From Chiloscyllium plagiosum (taxonomy: Eukaryota), in contig NC_057750.1 in assembly GCF_004010195.1 (NCBI RefSeq), positions 16,684,450-16,748,449 of the forward strand: a stretch of DNA of 64,000 bases, given 5' to 3'. The notes under the pieces are model-generated. The model searched no databases. It had not been told where the DNA came from and saw only the letters and a list, made by a program, of their open reading frames with translations. The translations under genes were made by a program, and so were the position numbers. This document shows positions 50,540-61,510 of this stretch, one piece after another; position 1 is the stretch's first letter; each line of letters starts with the position of its first letter.

Positions 50540-51770
50540 GCAAAAAGCATGACGAATACAACCCAGCCAATTACCGCCCCATCAACCTCCTCTTTACCCA
50601 TCAGTCAAGTGGATGGACGGTGTCATCGACAGTGCTATCAAGCAGCACCTGCTCAGCAAAGACCTGCTCAGTGACGCCCAGTTTGGGTTCCCCAGGGCCA
50701 CTCAGCTCTTGACCTCTTAACAGCCTTCATTCAAGCATAGTCAAAAGAGCCGAATTCCTGAGGTACAGTAAGAGTGATAGTCTTTGACATCAAGGTCTGA
50801 GTGTGGTATCATGGAGCCCCAGTAAAATTGGAATCAGTGGGTATCAGGGGGCAAACTCTGAGTGGTTGGACACAGAGGATGATGGTTCTGTTTGTTGGAG
50901 GTCAGTCACAAGAGGCCAGTGATTGAACAATGTTCAGCACCATTCCCTACTACTCACATGCTGAAGCAATCCATGTTCAAATGCAACGAGATCTGGACAA
51001 TATCCAGGCTTGGGTTGACAAGTGGCAAGTAGCATTTTTGCCACACAAGTGCCAAGCAATGACCATTTCCAATAAGAGACAATCTAACAACGCCCCTTGA
51101 CATTCAGTGATGTTATCATCGCTGAATCTCCCATTATCGACATCCTGGGGACTACCATTGACCAGAAATTCAACTAGACTCGCCACATAGTACAGTAGCT
51201 ACAAGAGTAGGTCAAAGACTAGGAGTTACTCACCTCCCGCCTCACCAAAGCCTGTTCACCATCTACAAGGCACAAGTCAGGAATGTGATGGAATACTCCC
51301 ACTTGCCTGGATGAGAGCAGCTCCCATAACACTCAAGAAGCTTGACACCATCCAAGAAAAAGCAGCCTATTTAATTGGCACCACATCCACACAAGCATCC
51401 ACTCCCTACACCACCAATGCCAGATAGCAGCAGTATGTACTACCTACAAATGCACTGCAGCAGTATACCAAGATCCTTAGATTGCACCTTCCAAACCCAA
51501 GACCGTTCCTATCGAAAAGGACAAGGGGAGCAAATACATAAGGACACCACCATCTGCAAAGTTCCTTCCAAGTTATTCACCATCCTGACTTGGAAATATA
51601 TCGTCATTTCTTCAACGTCACTGGGTCAGAATCCTGACTTCCCTCCCTCAGGGCATCATGGGTCAACCTGCAGGGGTTTAAGAAGGCAGCTCACTATCAC
51701 CTTCTCAAGGGCAACCAGGGATGGAACAATAAATGTTGGTCCATCCAGCAGCATTCACATCCCACGAGTG
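50540..51770 (+). mobile_element. CR1-like LINE (second family) RT and 3' end, degenerate
   Basis: aacccagccaattaccgccccatcaacctcctc (NPANYRPINLL), gcccagtttgggttc (AQFGF), MQRDLDNIQAWVDKWQVAF.P.KCQ, TIYKAQVRNVMEY. Confidence 0.8.
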
Positions 51771-52671
51771 AAGAAGTAAAACATACACACGCTCACATTG
51801 CCGTACACACACATTGACATAGATAGTTCAGGAAACCTGGTCAGCATGGACGAGTTGGACCAAATGTCGTTCCCATGCTGTATGACTCTATGACATTCAC
51901 GTGACAAGAAATACACTCTCAGATTTACACATACACAACACACACAGATGCACACACAAACACATATGCACACACACACACACAATCACAGAAAACCAAT
52001 GCAATTTCCCTGAAATTTTCAATTTCCAGTTCCTGAAGGAATTGCTTACGCTGGGTGAGTGAGTGAGTGCCAGCTCAACCCAGCCACTGGGGATTTTGTG
52101 ACATTGAGTGTGGGCAGGCTGTTTTGACTGTGTGCAGCATGTTGCCCTTACTCAATACCTTTGCACATGCACTTCCCAGTGGGAACTAATGAGCAGCAAT
52201 TAAGAGCAGGAGTTACTTGTTAGCTCCTGAGCCGGAGGGTATTGATGCTTATTGTAACAGCCACACCCCCATCACAGACCCCACTTCAAAAGAGGAAGTA
52301 ACTTGCATTTGTAAATTAATTTACCAAGTGCTTGCAGTACAGGGATGGGTCATTTGGCCCATATGGACGATGCAGTCAATGTGACCCTCCTTCATAACCC
52401 CTGAAGCTCTTTCCATGAACTTCTCTCTTCATTCTGTTGTCCCCCACCTATCTTTCAAACTTTCCCTTATACTTAATAGAAATTACAAAATCGGGGAATC
52501 ATAACAATGTAGAAGAAGACTATTCAGTTCATCACAACTGCTCCGACTCATTGAAGGAGCATCATTACCTATTGCCAATCAATCTCCTGCTTTCTCACCA
52601 CACTCTTGCATATTATTTCTATTTAATATTCATCCAAACTTCTCTTGAATGCCTCAATTAAACTTGCCTCC

Positions 52672-53667
52672 ACAAAATCATGTCTCACAACCTTGATTGA
52701 GTTTTTTGAAGAAGTAACAAAGAAGATTGATGAGGGCAGAGCAGTGGATGTGATCTATATGGACTTCAGTAAGGCGTTCGACAAGGTTCCCCATGGGAGA
52801 CTGGTTAGCAAGGTTAGATCTCATGAAATACATGGAGAACTAGCCATTTGGAAACAGAACTGGCTCAAAGGTAGAAGACAGAGGGTGGTGGTGGAGAGTT
52901 GTTTTTCAGACTGGAGGCCTGTGACCAGTGGAGTGCCACAAGGCTTGGTGCTGGGCCTTCTACTTTTTGTCATTTACATAAATGATTTGGATGCAAGCAT
53001 AAGAGGTACAGTTAGTAAGTTTGCAGATGACACCAAAATTGGAGGTGTAGTGGACAGCGAAGAGGGTGACTTCAGATTACAACAGGATCTGGACCACATG
53101 AGCCAATGCGCTGAGAAGTGGCAGATGGAGTTTAATTCAGAAAAATGCGAGGTGCTGGATTTTGGGAAAGCAAATCTGAGCAGGACTTATACACTTAATG
53201 GTAAAGTCATATGGAGTGTTGCTGAACAAAGAGAGCTACAGGGAGAGGCTGAACAGGCTGGGGCTGTTTTCCCTGGAGCGTCGGAGACTGAGGGGTGACC
53301 TTATAGAGGTTTACAAAATTATGAGGGGCATGGATAGGATAAATAGACAAAGCCTTTTCCCTGGGGTCGGGGAGTCCAGAACTAGAGAGCATAGGTTTAG
53401 GGTGAGAGGGCAACGATATAAAAGAGACCTTTTCACGCAGAGGGTGGTACTTGTATAGAATGAGCTGCCAGAGAATGTGGTGGAGGCTGGTACATTTTCA
53501 ACATTTTAGAGGCTTTTGGATGGGTATATGAATAGGAAGGGTTTGGAGGGATATGGGCCGGGTGCTGGCAGGTGGGACTAGATTAGGTTGGGATGTCTGG
53601 TTGGCGTGGACGGGTTGGACTGAAAGGTCTCTTTCCATGCTGTACATCTCTATGACTCTATGACTCT
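52672..53667 (+). mobile_element. Young CR1/HER1 RT and 3' end with internal deletion
   Basis: ORF 52645-53298 reads KSCLTTLIEFFEEVT..DEGRAVDVIYMDFSKAFDKVPH...[18 protein letters not shown]...KFADDTK. Tail ctctatgactctatgactcta. Confidence 0.95.
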
Positions 53668-53799
53668 AAATCCCCAGGTAGTGAATTCCACACAGTAACT
53701 ACTCACTGAGTGAAAAGGCTTTTCCTCACTCTGTCCTTCATCAATGCTATTTGACTCAAGTTACTTCTTATGGTAATGTGACCTGAATGGGGGAGGTGG

Positions 53800-54580
53800 T
53801 GTGGAAAAGTGTAGCGCTGGAAAAGCACAGCAGGTCAGGCAGCATCCGTGGAGCAGGAGAATCGACATTTCAGGCATTCATCAGGAATGTGGGGGAGGCC
53901 CAGGGAGGCTGAGAGATAAATGAGAGGCTAGGGTTGGGGGTGGAGGGAAGGTAGTTGGGAATGCAATAGTTGATGCAGGTGGTGGGTGATGGTGATTGGT
54001 CGGAGTGGAGGGTGGAACGGATAGATGGGAAGGAAGATGGACAGGCCAGGAGGCTAGTGCTGAGTTGGAGGGCTGGATCTGTGATGAGGTTGGGGGGGAG
54101 GGGAGATGAGGAAACTGGTGAAATCAACGTTGATGCCATGTGGTTGGAGGGTCCCAAGGCGGAAGATGAGGCGTTCTTCCTTCAGGCGCAGGTGGCTTGG
54201 ATTTGGTGGTGGAGGAGGCTCAGGACTAGCATGTCCTTGGCAAAGTGGGAGGGAGAGTTGAAGTGGTCAGCTACAGTGTGGTAGGGTTGTTTGAACTGTC
54301 CAACCTCTCCATCTTCCTTCCCACTTATCTGCTCCACCCTCTCTCCCCAACCTATCACCATCATTCCACTTGCACCTACCTATCGCCTTCCCAGCTACCT
54401 TCCCTCCAGTCCTACCCCCAACCTACCTATTTATCTCTCAGCTTATGTTAAGCTTATATGAAGGGCTTATGCCCAAAACGTCGATTCTCCTGCTCGTTGG
54501 ATGCTGTCTGACTGGCTATGCTTTTCCAGTACCACACTTTTCGACTCCTATCTCCAGCATCTGCAATCCTCACTTTCTCC
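53800..54580. mobile_element. Fold-back family A element, degenerate HHRs
   Basis: Same layout and sequence as 40942-41689. Confidence 0.75.
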
Positions 54581-54754
54581 TGCGAGAGGAGGTGGCCTAG
54601 TGATAATTTCACTGCGCTAGTAATTGAGAGGCCCAGGCTAATATTTTGAGGGAATGGGTTCATATGGCAGCTGATCGAAATTAAATTCATTTGATAAGCC
54701 TTAAATTAAAAGCTAATCTCGGTGCTGGTGACCATTACACCTATTGTCTATAGT

Positions 54755-56100
54755 CATAGAACAAAACAGTGCAGTGCAGGCCCTTCGGCCCTCAGTGTTG
54801 CACTGAACTGTGAAACCAATCTAAAGCCCATCTAACCTACACTATTCTATTTTCATCCATATGTTTACCCAATGATCATTTAAATGCCCTTAAAGTTGGC
54901 AAGTCTACTACTGTTGCAGTCAGTGTGTTCCATGACCCTATTACTCCCTGAGTACCTCTAACATCCGTCCTGTATCTATGACCCCTCAATTTAAAGCTGT
55001 GTCCCCTCATGCTAGCCATCACCTTCTGAGGAAAAAGGCTCTCACTGTCAACCCTATCTAACCCTTTGATTATTTTATATGTCTCAATTAAGTTGCCTCT
55101 CAACCTCTTCTCTCTAACGAAAACGGCCTCATGTCCCTCAGCCTTCCTTCATAATACCTTCCCTCCATACCAGGCAACATCCTAGTAAATCACCTCTGAA
55201 CCCTTTTCGAAGTGTCTACATCCTTCCTATAATGCAGTGACCAGAAGTGTGCACAATACTCCAAGTGTGGCCGCACCAGAGTTTTGGACAGTTGCAACAT
55301 GACCTCATGGCTCCAAAATTCAGTCCCTCTACCATTAAAAGCTAACACACTGTATGCTTTCTTAACAACCCTATCAACCTGGGTGGCAATTTTCAGGGAT
55401 CTATGTACATGGATACCAAGATCTCTCTGCTCATCTACACTGCCACAAATCTTACTATTAGCCCAGGACTCTTTATTCCTGTTGCTCGTTCCAAAGTGAA
55501 TCACCTCACACTTTTCCACATTAAACTCCATTTGCCACCTCTCAGCCCAGCTCTGCAGCTTATCTATGTTCCTCTGTAACCTGCAATATCCTTCCGCACT
55601 GTCTACAACTCCATCAACCTTAGTGTCATCTGCAAATTTACTAACCCATCTTTCTACACCCTCATCCAGGTCATTTATAAAAATGACAAACAGCAGTGGC
55701 CCCAAAACAGATCCTTGCGGTACATCACTAGTAACTGAACTCCCAGGATGAACATTTCCCATCAACCACCACCCTCTGTCTTCTTTCAGCAAGCCAATTT
55801 TTGATCCAAACCGCTAAATCACCCTCAATCCCATGCCTCCGTATTTTGTGCAGTAACCTACCATGGGGAATCTTACCAAACACCTTACTGAAATCCACGT
55901 ACACCTTCACAAAACCATGTTGACTATCCCTAATCAACTTATTCCTTTCTATATGATTATAAATCCTATCTCTTATATCCAACACTTTACCCACAACTGA
56001 AGTAAGGCTCACTGGTCTATAATTACAAGGTTGTCTCTATTCCCCTTCTTGCACAAGGGGACAACATTTGCTATCCTCCAGTCTTCTGACACTGTTCCTG
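54755..56100 (-). mobile_element. CR1 RT and 3' end inserted in a tRNA-SINE
   Basis: ORF 55190-55792 reads VPQGSVLGPLLFVIFINDLD...KFADDTK...WQMEFNVEKCEV...LVRPHLEYC. SINE halves lie at 54590-54745 and 56115-56300. Confidence 0.9.
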
Positions 56101-56703
56101 TATTCCTTTAATCTAAAATGCCCTTTCAGGACAGAAATCTACTGTCCTTATCTGAACTGACCTACATGTGACTCCAGGCCCATCGCGTTATGATTGACTC
56201 TCAATAGCTCTCTGAAATACTGAGCAAGTCACTCAATGCAGGGGTAATTACGGATGGGCAAGATATCCTGGCTGACCAATGACAACCACATCTCCTAAAA
56301 TGATATCCACTAGCAATAGCAACTGTGGCTGAGTTGGTAGCAATCTTACCCTGAGTCACAACGTTCTGAAGTCCAGTTCCAGTCCCACTCCAGGATATGA
56401 GTGTACAAATCTGAAGCTGATATTCCTGCTAGGCACCAAGGGAGTATTGATTTGGTGTCATCCACAGATCTTGAAATTTTACTTTTGATCTCTTTATCCT
56501 AATTACTTGTGTAAATGGTGAACAAATGGTCCCAGCACTGAACGCCCATAAGGGATACCACTTCCCACCATTTTCCAGTCTTCTACACCTACTCTACTTT
56601 TGTAGTTAGTTTGCTAGTTATTCTGCTCCTTGTCCCCTTATTCTACCTATTCTGACATTTATTCATCAGTCTGTTCTGAGGGACCTTTAGGTAATCCAAA
56701 TGT

Positions 56704-56908
56704 AGCTGAAAATGTGTTGCTGACAAAGTGCAGCAGGTCAGGCAGTATCCAAGGAGCAGGAGAATCGACGTTTCGGGCATGAGCCCTTCTTCAGTAAGGG
56801 CCCGAAACGTCGATTCTCCTGCTCCTTGGATGCTGCCTGACCTGCTGCGCTTTTCCAGCAACACATTTTCAGCTCTGATCTCCAGCATCTGCAGTCCTCA
56901 CTTTCTCC
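56704..56908. mobile_element. Short fold-back family A element with intact minus-strand HHR core
   Basis: Arms meet at tcagtaagggcccgaaacgtcg. Minus strand CTGAAGAagggctcatgcccGAAACGTCgatt (56762-56794). Flanks gtaatccaaatgta and gtaaagcaaatgta. Confidence 0.82.
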
Positions 56909-57807
56909 TAGTAAAGCAAATGTATTCCATTTGGTACATTGACCTTGTCTATCATCTCTGACTTGTCAAAATAATTCAATAATATTAGTTTATTACAAGT
57001 TTCCCACTTTGAATCTATGCTTTAGTGTTTTTTTTCCTAAATGTTTCCCTATTGCATTTCTGATTAAGAATTTCATTATCTTTCTTATCACACACATAAA
57101 CAAAACAGTTCATCATTCACAGGAGGAGTTGTAAAGATATCCATCTTTACATTCTCAAAGGAATTCTGCCGGTCTCTGGTATTATTAGTATGCCATATGG
57201 TTGTATTAACGTTGCTGCTATCTTTTCCTTAATGTCTTGAATATCCACAATATCTTTTAATTCATCTCAACCAGATATTTGATTCTATGTTTGATTAATT
57301 TAGCAACCACCTTCTTTTTTAAAATTTAAATATCTTTTCTTCATTCCTTCTTTTAATATCCTGTCCAGTAGCTTCCTTAGTAAAAAGTGAGGCATGCATT
57401 TTTTCTTCCGCACAGACAGACACAGATCCTAGCTCTCAATTTTAAAATTGTTTTCAAATCTCTTCATGGTGCCTCTTTCCTCCAACTCATGACGCTCCAA
57501 AATCTCTGTGCTGTCTCTAATTCTGGCCTCCTAAGCATCTTTGATTTTAATCATTCCACTATGGGCGGCCATGCTTTCAGCCACCCAGGAGCGAAGCTCA
57601 GGAATTATTTCCCTATGAACCTCTACCCTCTAGCTCCTTTGAAATGTTTCTTAAAGCCCATATTCTTGGCTAACTATGGTGTCATCTAGTTTAATATCTC
57701 CGTTGAATGCCAGATTGTGCTTTAGACTCCTGTGAAGGGAGTTGTGACATTTTATTCCAGATGCAATGATTAATGGACATTGCTAAAGGACTATTTGTTA
57801 AATAGTT

Positions 57808-58125
57808 TTAGATTAGATTCCCCTACGGTGTGGAAACAGGCCCTTTGGCCTATCAAGTCCATGCCGACCCTCCAAAGAGTAACCCACCCAGACCCATTTC
57901 CCTCTGACTAATACACCTAACACCATGGGCAATTTAGCATGGCTAATTCACCAGGCCTGCACATTTTTGGACTGTGGGAGGAAACCGGAGCACCCGGAGG
58001 AAACCCACACAGACACGGGGAGAATGTGCAAACCCCACACAGACAGTCGCTCGAGGCTGGAATCAAACCTGGGTCCCTGGCGCTGTGAGGCAGCAGTGCT
58101 AACCACTGAGCCACCGTGCCACCCT
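57808..58125 (-). mobile_element. Full-length HE1-like SINE
   Basis: ttagattagattccctacggtgtggaaacagg...gctaaccactgagccaccgtgccaccc. Confidence 0.92.
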
Positions 58126-59397
58126 GCTTCTTTCTTCTCTACTCTGACTATGTTGCTAACTGAAATATTGAATTATCGGTTCCAGTTTTTTTACTTAACC
58201 ATATTTCCTATATTTGCTTTCTCTAATTCTCCTGTTTAATGTAATACCATCTGCCTAGTACATGTGATGCAATTTGTTACCAATGTGAAATACAGGGAAT
58301 CCTTATTTTAAGTCACCCCTTTCTTTTCACTCTCAAGAATTTTTTTTTTAAAATGGCCTTTCGACTCACTTGAAGTCCTATTCTCCACTTTAAAATCCCT
58401 TTTTTCCGAATTGCATCTCATCTCACTGTGAATCTCACACCATTACATAGCCATGAGGTCCCTTGACGATGCTAAAAGGGTTGACACCATTATGTCTGCA
58501 GCCTGGAGGTGGAGAGCATCAGATTTTCAAAAACTGTTCTCTGTTTTTAATCTTTGTTTTTGTTTTATTTCCTTGCTGTTTGTACTTGTAGAGGAACTGC
58601 TGTGGACTTTGTTTTCTTCAGAGAATTCTCTGCTGTGCTATACCATACCATGTCTGAACAGATACAATAGTTAAGAAACATGCAGAGTACCTGTGGTGTA
58701 AATTACTTTAAAGACTTCTCTGCAAGTAAGAAGCTGAATTTCTTCATTGAATCATTTCTTGTTTCATTTTGGACTGCTGAATGGTGCACGTGTGGCACAG
58801 TATTCCAACTTTGCCAGTATATAGGCTTTTCTGGGCAAAGAAACTGTGGCTTTAACATTGATTCCATAGGAACCCACACTTCACTTAAAGTTGCTACCTT
58901 CACGATCACAGCACTGATTTAAGGTGAGGGAGGGTTACAACACCTCTAAATGAGGATGCCCAATGCTACATAAACTGCTAATGTAAAATTAAAAGCAGAG
59001 ACTGCTGGAAATTCTCAGCAGGTCTGGTGGAATTCCTGGAGAAAGAAACAGAGTGAACGTTTCAGGGCCGTGTCTGGAGTGGTCTCAAATGTGGCAGGTT
59101 GTAAGGAAGTATAGAGGCAGCACAAAAGGACGAATAGGGAAACAGTTGAAAGGAAGGCCTGTGGATGATAAGGGAGATTAAACAGAGAAAAGGGATGAGA
59201 GTTCCAACTGAAGACAGGATGTGGTAAAGGAACAAAGGCCTCCTTTTCTCACTTTTCACCCACATCAGCCTCCATGTTCAGCAAATCGCCTGGATTTGTG
59301 AGGCTAGCACCAAACACTTGAGTGGTCCTGGGTCATGCTTGAGAAAAGAAGAGAATTGGAAACAAAGCTGCTGTGAGCTTGTCGACATCCATTAACT

Positions 59398-59498
59398 TTA
59401 TTGCTGGAACAGCACAGCAGGTCAATGTGACCTGCTGTGCTGTTCCAGCAATAAAGTTTCGACTTTGATATCCAGCATCTGCAGACCTCACTTTCTCC
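59398..59498. mobile_element. ~100-bp hairpin family A insertion with perfect 16-bp TSD
   Basis: tcgacatccattaact at 59382-59397 and 59499-59514. A 31-bp perfect stem spans 59394-59458. Confidence 0.88.
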
Positions 59499-60699
59499 TC
59501 GACATCCATTAACTACATCCATGTACAGGGATAGATAAGTGCCAGCCTCCAACTGGAACCATTTCCTTCCAGACTGCAGTGCCATGTGATCAGAGATCAC
59601 TGATGTCTCATTTGCGTGCTCGCTGTTACTGTCTTAGACAAACTCACCTTCCCTTCCCCTTCCCCTGAAGCATTCTGAAGGATCCTTCACCTTTGCAGTA
59701 CCCTGTGTCAATCATTTGTGACCCCCAGAAACCCCCCAGCCCCCAGCCCACTCTTTTCTTGGGGCACCTGTCAACATTGAATGTGAACAGAAACAGACTT
59801 TTGGTCTCAGGGATACAGGAAGCAGGAGATCATTTTGAACGATGGAGAGGGTTTGATGGCCGAATGGTCGATTCATGTTCCGATATGGCATTCCTTTCTG
59901 TCTCCCATTCTTTCAGAGACATATTCTTTTGTTCTTTCCTCCCTTGTCCGTTTTCCTGAACTTGTTACTCGTTCTTAATTGGTTCCAACTGTACCTTTCC
60001 CCATTTTCAGTGAAAGGACATTGACCCAAAATTCCGTTTCTCTGCTAATTCTGTTTCCCTCTCCAGATGCTGCTAGATCTGCTGATCTTTTGCAGTATTT
60101 TAACTGCTCTGTTGGATATATTCACTTCACGTTTACAAATTCACTGATATTCTGTCAAGCAGCGCAGTGTTTCAGACACAGAAATGGCCATTTGATTGAT
60201 TGATTGTCCATCCTGAATTGCCTAGAGTGGCATTAACAGCTGCTGAAGGATTTTCCAGGCCGAGGCATATCCAGAGGGTACACGTCTTTGAATACATCTG
60301 CTTCTCTCCCCTGTCTTCAGAACTCCCTCCCAACATCCACGGAGCCCCTGCCCAAGCTCCAATTGACCTCTGCACCATCTCTGACCTTCAGATCCTATCC
60401 TCCTCACCAGTCATGGTGACTGCAATCATGGACTTCAGGTCTTTCCACCCCTCAAGCCAATCCATGCCAGGAGCATAAGTTCACAAGAAGTCATGCACTT
60501 AATTTGCCAACACCTTAGTTTTTTCTGGCACTTTCAGGTTTCCCGGCAGCTGGCCGTCTCTCCTATCCTTTCCAAGACCAGCTGCAAAGTATCAGAGGCC
60601 ATCGTTCCTCTTTGCTTAGCTTCCGAATCAGGCACAGACTGCTTGTCTGTTTCCTCTCTTTACCTGATCAATTCTTTACCACACTTTGAGCATTCACAG

Positions 60700-60973
60700 A
60701 ATTATAGAATCCCTACAGCGTGGAAACAAGCCTTTCGGCCTAACAAGTCCACACAGAGCCCCTACACATCCCTCAACACCATGGGCAATTTAGTTTGGTC
60801 AATTCACCTAACCTGCGCACCTTTAGACTGTGGGAGGAAACCAGAGCACCCAAAGGAAACCCATGGGGAGAATGTGCAAACTCCACACCGACAGTCACCC
60901 AAGGCAAGAATCGAACCCAGATCCCTGGCGCTGTGAAGCAGCAGTGCTAACCACTGAGTCACCGGGCCACCCC
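60700..60973 (-). mobile_element. HE1-like SINE
   Basis: atagaatccctacagcgtggaaacaagcc...gatccctggcgctgtgaagcagcagtgctaaccactgag. Confidence 0.85.
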
Positions 60974-61039
60974 TAAACAAAGGCGGCCAGTGTGCATTAA
61001 GTGCAGTTTTGGTCTCCTTACCCACAGAAACATGTACAT

Positions 61040-61510
61040 GCCTCAGAAGGGGTGCAATTGAGCTCACCAAACTAATTCCTGGGATTGGCCTCAGAGGAAA
61101 GACTGGGTTTGCATTCTCTTGAGGTTAGAAGAATGAAATGTGATCTTATTGAAGTCACCAAAATTCTTACAGGGTTCGACAGGGTAGATGTAGAGAGAAT
61201 GCTTCTCACTGGCTACGGTGGGGGAGATGGTGGTGGATAAAGCCAAGAGACACAGTCACTTCGGATTGAGATGAGGAGGAATTTCTACACTCATAGTCTG
61301 GTGAATTTTTGGAATTCTCTCCCCCAGAGGTCTGTGGAGATTCCTTCATTGAATATTTTCAGGACTGAGATTGATTTAATTTCTAGATATTAAAAACATT
61401 CAAGGAAACGGGGTAGTGCAAAAAAATGATATTGAATTAGAAGGTCTGCCTTGATCCCACTGAATGGTGTAGCACGCTCGAAAGGCTGAATGGTTTATTC
61501 CCACTTCCAT
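61040..61510 (+). mobile_element. CR1 3' fragment
   Basis: ttagaagaatgaaatgtgatcttattgaagtcaccaaaattctt...gagatgaggaggaatttctac...gtgaatttttggaattctctcccccagagg. Confidence 0.75.
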
